Counted from the stretch's first letter, positions 25,726 through 35,686 are shown. The stretch is DNA of 64,000 bases from Planctomycetota bacterium (GCA_046290465.1 JBKAGP010000001.1:4096001-4160000); one strand, 5' to 3'. Numbers and translations are program-made. Notes: generated by a model from the sequence alone, not told the origin.

Positions 25726-28226
25726 AGCAGGTTGAAGCGCTTGCGCAGGATCCACTCGATCGACAGCAGCACGAGCACGAGCGTGATCGTCGGCCAGCCG
25801 TCCCAGATGGCGTGCGGGGTGCGGAAGGTGTCGGTCGCCGAACGCGACGGGATGTCGTCGAGCGCCTTGAGCAGCTCGGCGGGGGTGTCGAACAGCACGC
25901 CGCCGTTGGCGCCGGCGATCGCGGCGAGTTCGCTGCGTTCCATCGGCCCTTGCGACTCGATCTGCGCGGCGACCACCTGGAACGAGATCTCGACGGCCTT
26001 GCCGATCTTCTCGACCGGCCGCACGCGGTAGGTGCCGAGCTGGGTCGGCCGGTAGCGCAGCGAGTAGCTGCCGGGCAGCGCCTCGATCGGCACCAGCTCG
26101 ATGTTCTCGGCGGCCTCGCCCTCACGTTCGACCGAGACGACGAACGACTCGGCGATCAGCGGCTGCAGCACCTCGTCCTTGACCTCCGCGACCAGCTCGA
26201 TGGCGTCGCCGAGGTCGATCTTGTCGTCGCTGCCGAGCAGGCGCAGGCGGCTGTTGCCGGCCTGCAGTCGCCCCTCGAACAGGTAGCGGATGCCGTTGAC
26301 CCAGAACCGGTTGTAGGCGTCCTCGTAGAGCGCTCGCCAGCGGTAGGTCTCGTCGGTGCCGAGGAACAGCACGCGGCCGGCACCGAGCTTCTGGATCGCG
26401 ATGACCGGCATGTCCTTGCCGCCGACGCGGAACTCGGGGCTCGGGTGGCCGGCGAGCGACGTCGCGATCGGCTTGAGGCCCGACACCGGGAACCAGAAGT
26501 GGAAGCCCGGGATGCGCTCCCAGAGCAGGTTGCTGGTGTCCTTGTCGTCGTGCAGGCGCATCACCTTGGAGCCGATGCCGTCCATGCCGTCGGGCGTGAC
26601 GCGGTAGCGCCACGGCCGCGGGAACGCCTTGCCGAGGCCGAGCATCTTGCGCTCGGCGAACTCGACGTTGGGCATGATCGGCAGCAGGTCCGCGATCGGC
26701 TGCGTGTTGGCCGTCGGCCGCAGCGCGTCGAGCGTGTGCTGCTCGCCAGCGACCCACCAGAAGCCGCAGCCGCCCTCGACGATGTGCTTGCTGAGGTTGT
26801 CGCAGAAGCGGCGCGTGAGCTTCTCCGGATCCGGATCGATCATCACGACGACGTCGTACGGATCGAACTCGGCGCGCTCCTCGGGCAGGCGCGTGATGCG
26901 CACCTCCTCGTTGCCCTCCTGCGGGAACTTCTCGTCGGCGCTCTGCAGCCAGCAGGAGACGTCGATGGTCTTGTCGCGAATCAGCAGGTTGCGCAGGATC
27001 TGGAACTCGTGGCTCGAGCTGCCGGCGAGCAGCAGCATGCGCAGCCGTTCGCCGAGCACCTCGAGCGCGGCGGTCTTGGTGTGGCGCTCGGCGACCATCG
27101 GCTCGCCGTCCGGCGGCACGATCTCGGTGCGGTAGACGAACCGACCGGGCGCCTCGCTGGTGAGGTCCTTCCAGTTGATCGTCGCTTCCTGGCTCTGGCC
27201 GATCTGCACCTGCTGCGTGCGCACGACGGTCTCGGCGCCCTGCTCGTCGGCGCGGATCAGCCGCGCGGTGACCGCGACGCCGTCGTAGCCCTGCGAGGTG
27301 ACGGTCGCCTTCATCTCGTAGGGGTCGCGCTGGAACACCTTCGACGGCGCTTCCATGCGGGCCAGCGTGACCGTCTGGGTCTCGGACGGGTCGCCGACGC
27401 CGAGCACGAACGTGTGCGGGATCTTGCGCTGCTCGAGCAGGCGCGCGATCTCGGCGCCCTGCGGACCGGCCGTGCGGCGGCCGTCGGTGACGAACACGAC
27501 GGCGGCGATCTCGGCCGGGCGGCTCTTGTCGAGCGCGGTGCGCAGCGCGCCGCCGAGGTTGCTGGAGCGGCCGTCGGCGACCAGCTTGTCGAGATCGAGC
27601 ACCGGCACGGGCTCCTTCTCGTCCGGGTCCTTCGGCAGCGGTTCGCCGTCGGGGCCGAGCTTGGGCGGCGGCGGCGGCACGACCGGCAGCTCGCCGATGG
27701 TGCCGTCGAAGCCGTAGAGCTGCACGCGGTTCTTGGCGGCGAGCTTCTGCACCAGCGCCTGCTCGTCCTTGGCCAGCAGCGCCTTGACGAGGTCGAGGCG
27801 GGTGACCGTCGCCGGATCGTCGGCGCCGGCTTCGGTCCAGCCGACCTTGGCGCGCTGCACCTCGTCGCGGCGCCACGCATCGATGTGCGTCATCGACTGC
27901 GACGTGTCGACCAGCAGGATCGTGTGGCCTTCGCGGACCTCGCGCTTGACCGAGACCAGGTTGGGCTCGAGCAGCAGCAGGATCACGGCGAGCACCGCGA
28001 GCGTGCGCAGCGAACCGAGCACCAGCCGCTGCCAGACCTTCAGGTTCTTGCCGTCACGTCGGTAGAGGAAGCCGATCAGGATCACGGCGACCGCCATGCC
28101 CATCAGCACGAGCATGCCGAGGCCACCGGTCGGGAAGTTGGCGAACTCGAACTGCAGCTCGGAGCCGGGTTCGACCTCGATCCCGCGCCACTGCGCCAGC
28201 CATCGCAAGAAATCGTCCATCGTCAA
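25722..28226 (-). CDS. Membrane-anchored VWA domain protein with a glutamine-amidotransferase-like (DUF1355-type) region
   Basis: MIDAS DTSQSM and VTDG; GAGRVLFLGTDETYRWR; C-terminal TM ..EWILRKRFNLL. Confidence 0.82.
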   Translation of the reverse strand: MTMDDFLRWLAQWRGIEVEPGSELQFEFANFPTGGLGMLVLMGMAVAVILIGFLYRRDGKNLKVWQRLVLGSLRTLAVLAVILLLLEPNLVSVKREVREGHTILLVDTSQSMTHIDAWRRDEVQRAKVGWTEAGADDPATVTRLDLVKALLAKDEQALVQKLAAKNRVQLYGFDGTIGELPVVPPPPPKLGPDGEPLPKDPDEKEPVPVLDLDKLVADGRSSNLGGALRTALDKSRPAEIAAVVFVTDGRRTAGPQGAEIARLLEQRKIPHTFVLGVGDPSETQTVTLARMEAPSKVFQRDPYEMKATVTSQGYDGVAVTARLIRADEQGAETVVRTQQVQIGQSQEATINWKDLTSEAPGRFVYRTEIVPPDGEPMVAERHTKTAALEVLGERLRMLLLAGSSSHEFQILRNLLIRDKTIDVSCWLQSADEKFPQEGNEEVRITRLPEERAEFDPYDVVVMIDPDPEKLTRRFCDNLSKHIVEGGCGFWWVAGEQHTLDALRPTANTQPIADLLPIMPNVEFAERKMLGLGKAFPRPWRYRVTPDGMDGIGSKVMRLHDDKDTSNLLWERIPGFHFWFPVSGLKPIATSLAGHPSPEFRVGGKDMPVIAIQKLGAGRVLFLGTDETYRWRALYEDAYNRFWVNGIRYLFEGRLQAGNSRLRLLGSDDKIDLGDAIELVAEVKDEVLQPLIAESFVVSVEREGEAAENIELVPIEALPGSYSLRYRPTQLGTYRVRPVEKIGKAVEISFQVVAAQIESQGPMERSELAAIAGANGGVLFDTPAELLKALDDIPSRSATDTFRTPHAIWDGWPTITLVLVLLSIEWILRKRFNLL

Positions 28227-28233
28227 TCACCGC

Positions 28234-30561
28234 CTAGCGACGGCCGAACCTCCATGCGAGCAGCGACTCGATCAGCAGCCCCGCGAGCAGCAGCGCCGCC
28301 AGCAGCGGCCACGCCTCGCCCTCGGCGGCGGCCGCGCCGACGCCGGAGTCGTCCCGCACGAACGTGACCAGGTCGTGCACGTTGCTCGGGTACATCTTCT
28401 TGAAGCTCGCCTCGTCGAACGAGACCAGCCGGCCTTCGTCGATCGGGCCGTTGCGCGCGATCATGCGCTTCTCGGCGACGCCGTCGTGGCGCTGCAGGTC
28501 GATCTCGTAGGCGCCGCAGTGCGACAGTTCACGCAGGTCGACCAGCACCTCGAGCATCGGGTTGTCGGCCGGCTTCTGGTCGCCGTTCTGGTCGCCCCCA
28601 TTCTGGTCACCACCGTTGCCGGCTGCGTTGCCGGTGTTGGCATTGCCGGTGTTGGCATTGCCGGCGTTGGCATTGCCATCGCCTTCGCCCGCACCCGCGG
28701 CCGCCTCCGGCTTCGGCGCGACCGCGGTGAACGTGCGCTCGTCCTCGCCGGTCATCGCGCGCAGCGTGACGTCGGGACGGTAGAGGCCGGGATCGATGAG
28801 CTGACGCCAGACCCCGTCGGTGCCGAGGTTGTTGCGGCTGGGGTCGTCGCGCCGCGCCGCAAAGTGGTGCAGCTGGTGGGTCACGACCAGGAACAGGTCG
28901 GTGCTCGGCAGGTTGCACCAGAAGCGGTCGGCGGTGATCGCGAACAGCGCGACCTCGCCGCCCTTGCCGCCGAACGAACGCGTCGTCAGCATCGGCGGAC
29001 CGTCGGCGTTGCGGACCCGCGCGACGATGGCGGCCTCGTGGCCTTCGGGCTCTTCGAGCGTCAGCCAGCGCTTGACCTGCACCCAGTTGCCCAGCACCAG
29101 CTGGAACAGCTCGGCCACGCCGTCGCACATCGGATGCTCCGTCGACGCCAGGAAGGCCGGCTCGGGACGATCGGGATCGCCGTCGATCTCGCCGATCGGC
29201 AGCGGCAGCGGGCCCTGACCGTCGCGCCACAGCAGTTCGTTGTAGCGCGGCGCGTCGACCAGCGAGCCGACCGTGATCGCCAGGCCCCCGCCCGACATCA
29301 CGAACGCCTCGAGCCGCTCTGCGGCTTCCTTGGTCGGCGCCTGCACGTTGCAGAGCCAGACCATGTCGAACGCGCCGAGGTTGACCTCGTCGAAGCCCGA
29401 CTCGGTCACCACCTGCGCCTCGATGCCGGACTCCGGCACGTCCAGGGTGGCCTGCAGGAAGAACGTCTCGCCATCGTCCTCGTCGGGCTGGCCGTCGACC
29501 AGCAGCACGCGGCTCTTCTCGCGGACCTGCAGCGCCAGCGTGCGCCGGTCGTCGAACGGGAACGTGCCACCGGGCTCGAGCGTCGCCTCGACGCGGTGCG
29601 CGCCGGCGGCGTGGAACGTGTAGTCGAACGGCACCGTGACGCGTTCGCCGGGGGCGAGCTGCGGCACGTCCTGGTTGACGCTGGTCTGGCCGTCGACCTC
29701 GATCGCGACCGTCGTCGGCGCCGTCGGGTCGAGCCCGAAGTTCTTGATGTCGATGCCGAGCGTGACCGGCACCGCGGCGATCGCCAGCCGGTCCTGCAGC
29801 TTGATCTCGACGACCGCGAGGTTGTCGTGCTGCCCGCCGACGTGCAGCACGGTGACGTGCTCGCTGTCCTTGTCGAGCGAGCCGAGCCCCTTCATCAGCG
29901 CCGGCCGCGGCTTGTCGTCGGTCGTCGACCAGTCCCACGAACGGCGGTCGCCGATGACGTAGTACTCGGTGCGCGCGGCGTCCTTGACCTCCTTGCTGCG
30001 CTCGACGGCCTTCTGCATCGCCTGGCCGAGGTCGGCCGAGAGGTCGCTGACGACCATCTCCTTGAGCGCGGTGCCGGCGGTGCGGCCGAAGTTGCTGCCG
30101 ATGCGCTGGGGGGTCAGCGCCCATTTGTCCGGCGCGCTGGTGCGCACGATCGAGAACAGATCGCCGCCGCGACGCTGCGCCAGGTCGTCGGCCAGCTGCC
30201 GCGCCTTGTCCTGCGCCTTCTCGAACAGGTTCGAGCTGCCGCTGCGCTGCGTCATCGACGCGCTGTCGTCGAGGATCACCACGTGGTGGGTGCGCGAGCC
30301 GAGCAGCGCGCCGCCGCCGAGCTGCGGGCGGCTGACCAGCGACACCAGCAGCAGCACCGCCAGCACGCGCAGCAGCAGCACCAGCCACTGCTCCATGCGC
30401 AGGCGCTTGCGGTTGCGCTTCATCGCCTTGAGCAGGAACTCCATCGCCGCCCACGGCACCTTCTTGAACCGGCGCCGGTTCAGGATGTGGATGATGATCG
30501 GCACGGCCGCCAACGGCAGCGCCCACAACAGCAGCGGATTGAGGAAGGCCAATCCGATCAT
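28234..30561 (-). CDS. BatA (aerotolerance N-terminal) + VWA domain protein
   Basis: FLNPLLLWALPLAAVPIIIHILNRRR..VPWAAMEFL; MIDAS DDSASM; C-terminal TM. Confidence 0.88.
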   Translation of the reverse strand: MIGLAFLNPLLLWALPLAAVPIIIHILNRRRFKKVPWAAMEFLLKAMKRNRKRLRMEQWLVLLLRVLAVLLLVSLVSRPQLGGGALLGSRTHHVVILDDSASMTQRSGSSNLFEKAQDKARQLADDLAQRRGGDLFSIVRTSAPDKWALTPQRIGSNFGRTAGTALKEMVVSDLSADLGQAMQKAVERSKEVKDAARTEYYVIGDRRSWDWSTTDDKPRPALMKGLGSLDKDSEHVTVLHVGGQHDNLAVVEIKLQDRLAIAAVPVTLGIDIKNFGLDPTAPTTVAIEVDGQTSVNQDVPQLAPGERVTVPFDYTFHAAGAHRVEATLEPGGTFPFDDRRTLALQVREKSRVLLVDGQPDEDDGETFFLQATLDVPESGIEAQVVTESGFDEVNLGAFDMVWLCNVQAPTKEAAERLEAFVMSGGGLAITVGSLVDAPRYNELLWRDGQGPLPLPIGEIDGDPDRPEPAFLASTEHPMCDGVAELFQLVLGNWVQVKRWLTLEEPEGHEAAIVARVRNADGPPMLTTRSFGGKGGEVALFAITADRFWCNLPSTDLFLVVTHQLHHFAARRDDPSRNNLGTDGVWRQLIDPGLYRPDVTLRAMTGEDERTFTAVAPKPEAAAGAGEGDGNANAGNANTGNANTGNAAGNGGDQNGGDQNGDQKPADNPMLEVLVDLRELSHCGAYEIDLQRHDGVAEKRMIARNGPIDEGRLVSFDEASFKKMYPSNVHDLVTFVRDDSGVGAAAAEGEAWPLLAALLLAGLLIESLLAWRFGRR

Positions 30562-30597
30562 CGCTTCGGTCCTGACATCTGAGGGGTCTGTTCTCGA

Positions 30598-31638
30598 TCA
30601 GCGCTGGTAGATGGGGACCAGCGCGTGGGGGAGTTGCAGGATGGTGGTGGCGACCGCGGTGCCGTAGACCGCACCGACGTTGTCGCCGCGCCAGCTACCG
30701 TCCTTGCGTTGTTGCGCGAGCAGGTACTTGCATACCTGCCGGTAGTACGTGTCCCAGTCCTCGCCGCCGCGCTGGTAGAGCGCCTGCGACCAGTAGAGGT
30801 GCGTGTAGTAGTGGTGGCCGGTCGTGTCGACCGAGACCTTCAGGTGCTTCTTGCAGAACTGCACCGCCTTGTCGACGAACGGCTGGTCGTCGTAGACGCC
30901 GGCGTTGTAGAGCACCGCCACGCCCGCCGCGGTGATCGCCGGCTGGCTGTTGGAGCCGCGCATCGCGAGCTTGTAGCAGATGCCGCCGTCGGCGTTCTGG
31001 CAGCGCTTGATGTAGTCGACCGCCTTGTCGATCGTCTTCTTGTCGCACAGGATCCCGGCCATCTTGCAGGCGCGCAGGGCCTGCACCTGCGTGACGGTGA
31101 CGCTGCCTTCGTCGTCGTTGGAGTCGGGCGTGTAGATCCAGCCGCCGGCCGACGACTGCGCCGCGGCGATCAGGTCCTCGGCCTTGTCGAGCGCGCGCTT
31201 CAGCCGCCGCTGGGTGCGCAGGTCCTGCTCCATGCCGTAGACCGACGCCAGGAACAGCGTGGCGAAGCCGTGGCCGTACATGCCGTGGTGCTCCTGGCGG
31301 CCGAGCGACAGGTAGCCGGTCTGCGGGTCGGACTTCTTCAGCAGGTAGCCGACCGCGCCACGAACCTCGCGCCAATGACGGCCGCGGGTCGGCGTCGAGC
31401 CGCTCGCGAGGAACGCCATCCCGGCGAGCCCGGTGATCGCGACCGGGTAGGTGCCGTAGCCGCCGGCGTTGCGCCAGCTGCCGTCGTTGGCCTGGTTGTT
31501 CGCCAGCCATGCGAGCCCCCGGTCGATCGCAGCCTGCACGTCGGCAGGCACCGCGCCCGACGAACGCACAGGCTCCTGCGCCAGCAGACACAACGGCAGC
31601 AGCAGCGCAGCGCCGATCGATCGGAACGGGTGGGGCAC
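30598..31638 (-). CDS. Secreted prenyltransferase/squalene-oxidase repeat protein (paralog 2)
   Basis: GLAWLANNQANDGSW, QSSAGGWIY, CQNADGG, QRKDGSW QW-like repeats; MYGHGFATLFLA; ends LPHALVPIYQR. Confidence 0.85.
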   Translation of the reverse strand: MPHPFRSIGAALLLPLCLLAQEPVRSSGAVPADVQAAIDRGLAWLANNQANDGSWRNAGGYGTYPVAITGLAGMAFLASGSTPTRGRHWREVRGAVGYLLKKSDPQTGYLSLGRQEHHGMYGHGFATLFLASVYGMEQDLRTQRRLKRALDKAEDLIAAAQSSAGGWIYTPDSNDDEGSVTVTQVQALRACKMAGILCDKKTIDKAVDYIKRCQNADGGICYKLAMRGSNSQPAITAAGVAVLYNAGVYDDQPFVDKAVQFCKKHLKVSVDTTGHHYYTHLYWSQALYQRGGEDWDTYYRQVCKYLLAQQRKDGSWRGDNVGAVYGTAVATTILQLPHALVPIYQR

Positions 31639-31645
31639 GTCGGGA

Positions 31646-32686
31646 TCAGCGCTGGTAGATGGGGGCGTAGGCGTAGGGCAGCTGCAGGATCGTCAGCGCG
31701 ATCGCGGTGCCGTAGACGGTGCCGACGCCGTCACCCTGCCAGCTGCCGTCCTTGCGTTGCTGCTTGAGCAGGTACTTGCACGCCTGCTTGTAGTACTCGT
31801 CCCAGTCCTCGCCGCCGCGCTGGTAGAGCGCCTGCGCCCAGTAGAGGTGCGCGTAGTAGTGGTGGCCGGTGCTGTTGACCGACACCTTGATGTGCTTCTT
31901 GCAGTACTGCACCGCCTTGTCGACGAACGGCTGGTCGTCGTAGACGCCGGCGTTGTAGAGCACCGCCACACCAGCCGCCGTGATCGCCGGCCGACCGTCG
32001 CCGCCCGAACGCAGGCTGTAGCGGATGCTGCCGTCGCCGTTCTGGCAGCGCTTGATGTAGTCGACCGCCTTGTCGATCGTCTTCTTGTTGCAGACGATGC
32101 CGGCCATGCGGCAGGCGCGCAGCGCCTGGATCTGCGTGACCGTGACGCTGCCCTCGTCGCTGTTGGAGTCGGGCGTATAGATCCAGCCGCCGGCCGACGA
32201 CTGCGCCGACGCGATCAGGGCAACCGCCTTGTCGAGCACGCGCTTGAGGCGCTGCTGCTCGCGCAGGCCTTCTTCCATGCCGTAGACGCTGGCGAGGTAC
32301 AGCGTGGCGAAGCCGTGGCCATACATGCTGCGGCCCTCTTCGGCCGGCACCGAGACGACGCCGGTGCCCGGGTCGGCGTGCTTGAGCAGGAACTTGGTGC
32401 TCTGCCGCACCTCGCGCCAGTAGCGACCGCGCGTCGGCGTCGAACCGCTGGCGATGAACGCCATGCCGGCGAGGCCGGTCATCGCGGCCGGGTAGCTGCC
32501 GTAGCCGCCAGAGTTGCGCCAGCTGCCGTCGTTGGCCTGGTTGTTGGACAGCCACTTGAGGCCGCGCTCGATCGACGCGTGCACCTCGGCGGTGACGCCG
32601 GGCGGGTAGCTGTTCTCCTGGGCGGGGATCGCCAGCGCCACCAACGTGGCGGCCAGCGTCGTTCGAACCATCGTGCTTGCCATCAT
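31646..32686 (-). CDS. Secreted prenyltransferase/squalene-oxidase repeat protein (paralog 1)
   Basis: Same motifs as the neighbouring paralog; ATGA coupling to the upstream gene. Confidence 0.85.
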   Translation of the reverse strand: MMASTMVRTTLAATLVALAIPAQENSYPPGVTAEVHASIERGLKWLSNNQANDGSWRNSGGYGSYPAAMTGLAGMAFIASGSTPTRGRYWREVRQSTKFLLKHADPGTGVVSVPAEEGRSMYGHGFATLYLASVYGMEEGLREQQRLKRVLDKAVALIASAQSSAGGWIYTPDSNSDEGSVTVTQIQALRACRMAGIVCNKKTIDKAVDYIKRCQNGDGSIRYSLRSGGDGRPAITAAGVAVLYNAGVYDDQPFVDKAVQYCKKHIKVSVNSTGHHYYAHLYWAQALYQRGGEDWDEYYKQACKYLLKQQRKDGSWQGDGVGTVYGTAIALTILQLPYAYAPIYQR

Positions 32687-35424
32687 CCCCGTCCTTCCAT
32701 GTAGTCGTACAGACGTTGCTGTTCGGATTCGTGGGCGCGCAGGTCGCCTGCCGCCTTGCAGATCTCGATGCGCGCGAGGTGCCAGTCGAGCCGCAGCTCG
32801 CGGTCCTTGAGCAGGTCGCGCACCTCGTCCATCGTAGCCATCGCCGCCGCCGCGTTGCCCTCGGAGGCCGATTCCGCAGCGCGCTGACGAACCAGCGACA
32901 ACAGCTGGCGGCCGGCCTTGGCGCGCCGGCGCGGGTCCTCGCTCTCGGCGACGGTCTGGCCGAGCACGCGCTCGGCGGCGAGACCATCGCCGCTCTTGGT
33001 CAGGTAGGAGGCCTTGCGCAGCGGGTCTTCGGTGACCTCGGCCAGGCCGCGCAGCGCACCCTCGGTGCTGAACACCTCGACGCCGGACGGGTAGCCGACG
33101 GCCAGCCACGGCCCTCGGACCACGACGTTGCACGAACCCTGCAGCGGCTCGCGGCTCTCGTCGAACGCCGGCAGCGCCAGGCGCCGCATCGGCTGTTCGT
33201 TGTCCGCGTCGAACAGCAACAGCTCGCGCATGTTGGGCACCACGACGGTCGAACCGACGACCGCACCGCGGCCGCGACCCGAGTACTTCGGCCCCGACCA
33301 CGACGGCAGCTTCTGCATCCAGCGCACCAGGCCGCCTTCGAGCGAGACGCAGACGAGGTGCGAACCCGACGTGACGAACAGCTTGCCGGCGGCGGCGCCT
33401 ACCACCTGCGTCAGGCGGCCGTAGGGCGCGTGGTGGGTGTTGGAATCGAGCATCCAGACCGGCTCGCCGGTCGCCGCGTCGATCGCCATCAGCACCTCAC
33501 CGTCGCACGGCGCGAGCACCAGCAGGCCGTCGTGCACGATCAGGTCCGACGGCTCGAAGCTCGTCAGCGCCAGCTGCGTGAACTGCTGCCGGTAGCCGAA
33601 GCGGTTGTTGCGGCTGGTGGTGGTCTTCTTCTTCTTGACCGTCTTGTGGATCGGGTCGATGCGCTCGTAGCGGCGCACCCACTTCAGGTCCCCCGCGAAC
33701 GCATCGACGGCCGCCAGGCAGCCGGCGTTGGTCGCGACGTAGGCGATGCCGCCCAGCACCTTCACCTGCGTGCCCGGCGCCTTGTAGAACGGCGAGCCGC
33801 CGGCGTGCAGCGGCGTGTGCCACAGCGGCCGGCCGCTGCTGCGGTCGAGGCATTCGAGCGTGTAGGCGTTGCGACGCAGCGACGGCAGCAGCAGCCGCTC
33901 GCCGAACACGGTCGGCGCCGCCAGGAACGTCACGCTGCGCAGGCCGTCCTCGCCGTCGAGCCAGTCCTTGGACGACCACGATCGCTCCCACGTCTGCTTG
34001 TCGTAGGCGATCAGCTGCGAGGCCTTGAGCGCCTCGTCGCTGGTCGTCGTGTTGGTCTCGTGGCCGATCACGATGTAGCGACGGGACTCGTCCTCGACCG
34101 GGCGCAGCAGCGCGTTGTCGATCGCCGCGATCCGCACCCGCGGGTGGTTCTCTCGCGCGGTCGGCGGCTCCTCGGCGCCGTCCCCTTCCTGCAGCAGCAG
34201 ACCCGACGCGGCGTCGGTCATGCGCAGCCGGTAGTGCTCGAGGAACAGCGCGCGCGGCTCGACGTAGTCGCCGCGGCGCTCGTTGGCGAACTCCACCCAC
34301 GTCGCCGGCCCGTAGCGGTTGGCGAACGGCATCTGCGTCGAGCGCGTGCCGCCGTCGATGAAGATGCCGCCGCGGTTGCGGTTGCTCGCCTTCGGGTCCT
34401 TGTAGGGCTCCGGGTTCTTGAAGCGGAACTGCCACAGCGGGACCAGGTCGTCGACCTCGCCGTCGAGCCAGGTCACGTCCTGGTCGAGGCCCGGCAGCGG
34501 CGCGATCGCGACGGTGTCGCGAGCGAACAGTTCGCTGGTCGGCAGGTCCTTGATCGACTCGAGCCGACCGAGGATCCGCAGCGACTTCTCCTCGTGCTCC
34601 TCGGCCAGTTCCTGCACCGCGACCTGCGCGGTGTCGGCCTCGCCGGCGAGGCGCAGGCACAGCACGATCTTGAACTCGCACCAGACGTCCTTGATGCCGA
34701 GCCTGGCGCGGTTCTGCGCCGGGTAGGTCTCGAGCAGGTCACGCAGCACCTGCACGGCGCCGCGGTAGCGGCCCTGGTGCATCAGCCGGTCGGCGAGCAG
34801 CATCATCGCGCGGCCGGCCGGAAGCGTGATGAAGTAGCGATTCGCAACCTTCTCGAGCGCGGTCGTCGAACCGTCCTCGAGGGCCTGCTGCAGCATCTCC
34901 TCCGCGGCGAACTCGTGCGCCGTGCGGTACAGCTCGATGCCGACGTCGGGCATCTCGGCCAGCAGTTCGTGGCAGAGGCGGCGGACCGGGCGGTAGATGC
35001 GGCCGTCGTGGCTGAACACCGAATTGCGGGCGCTCAGCTCGGACGGGGACGGGCCCTTCTTGTCCTGCTTCGGCTCGGGCTTCGGCTCTCCGGCCTCGGC
35101 CGGCTTGCCGTCCCCCTCGGTGGTCTCGGGGCGGATCGCGACGACCTCGACCGTCTTGCCCTCGATCACGTCCTGCAGCAGCTCGATCGCGCCGGTGTAG
35201 TCCTCGCGCTCGAGCAGCGAGCGCGCTCGACGCAAGTAGTTGTCGAGATTGGGGTTCTCGAACATCTCGACGAGCGTCCCGGGGTCGTCCCCGGGTTGGG
35301 CGACGGTCGCCGGCCCGAGCACCCCGATCTGCGCGGCGACGCGGACCTGTTGGGCGGGCAAGGCGGCGGCACATAGCGCGGCGCACGCGAGCATGCGCGT
35401 CACGGATGACGTGGGCAGCGACAC
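32683..35424 (-). CDS. Secreted TPR + PQQ/BamB-like beta-propeller protein
   Basis: Signal peptide; propeller blades CLDRSSGRPLW, AVDAFAGDLKW, AIDAATGEPVW; GTG after AAGGA (alternative ATG 35394). Confidence 0.78.
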   Translation of the reverse strand: MSLPTSSVTRMLACAALCAAALPAQQVRVAAQIGVLGPATVAQPGDDPGTLVEMFENPNLDNYLRRARSLLEREDYTGAIELLQDVIEGKTVEVVAIRPETTEGDGKPAEAGEPKPEPKQDKKGPSPSELSARNSVFSHDGRIYRPVRRLCHELLAEMPDVGIELYRTAHEFAAEEMLQQALEDGSTTALEKVANRYFITLPAGRAMMLLADRLMHQGRYRGAVQVLRDLLETYPAQNRARLGIKDVWCEFKIVLCLRLAGEADTAQVAVQELAEEHEEKSLRILGRLESIKDLPTSELFARDTVAIAPLPGLDQDVTWLDGEVDDLVPLWQFRFKNPEPYKDPKASNRNRGGIFIDGGTRSTQMPFANRYGPATWVEFANERRGDYVEPRALFLEHYRLRMTDAASGLLLQEGDGAEEPPTARENHPRVRIAAIDNALLRPVEDESRRYIVIGHETNTTTSDEALKASQLIAYDKQTWERSWSSKDWLDGEDGLRSVTFLAAPTVFGERLLLPSLRRNAYTLECLDRSSGRPLWHTPLHAGGSPFYKAPGTQVKVLGGIAYVATNAGCLAAVDAFAGDLKWVRRYERIDPIHKTVKKKKTTTSRNNRFGYRQQFTQLALTSFEPSDLIVHDGLLVLAPCDGEVLMAIDAATGEPVWMLDSNTHHAPYGRLTQVVGAAAGKLFVTSGSHLVCVSLEGGLVRWMQKLPSWSGPKYSGRGRGAVVGSTVVVPNMRELLLFDADNEQPMRRLALPAFDESREPLQGSCNVVVRGPWLAVGYPSGVEVFSTEGALRGLAEVTEDPLRKASYLTKSGDGLAAERVLGQTVAESEDPRRRAKAGRQLLSLVRQRAAESASEGNAAAAMATMDEVRDLLKDRELRLDWHLARIEICKAAGDLRAHESEQQRLYDYMEGRG

Positions 35425-35591
35425 TGGCTTCGTTCCTTGAGGGGTGCAGATCCGATCGGGGTCCGGGGGACGGGTCCGAACGGCGGCAGCGCGAGGAGGG
35501 TTCCCTCGGACTCTACGTCCTGTGGCAATCGACGGCGAGGCCCCCCAACCACTTCCCACCGCCATAACTCCGTTTGCCGGGAATCCGTCCT

Positions 35592-35638
35592 TTCTTCCTT
35601 ACGTCGAGCTGACGTTCTTCCTTACGTCGAGCTGACGT
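35592..35638. repeat. 23-bp perfect tandem duplication with an internal near-palindrome
   Basis: TTCTTCCTTACGTCGAGCTGACG at 35592-35614 and 35615-35637. Confidence 0.9.
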
Positions 35639-35686
35639 CGTTCGCCGAACGAACCCCACGAGCCGGCCGCCGTTGCCTACACTCCG

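Noticed and set aside
22490..28680. Coding micro-repeats (AKPGE/SKPSE near 22490-22620; GNANT/GGDQN near 28575-28680)
   Set aside because: In-frame low-complexity linker expansions with no sign of a separate element.
30598..32686. Squalene-hopene cyclase
   Set aside because: Single barrel of about 346 aa with a signal peptide and no DxDD motif.
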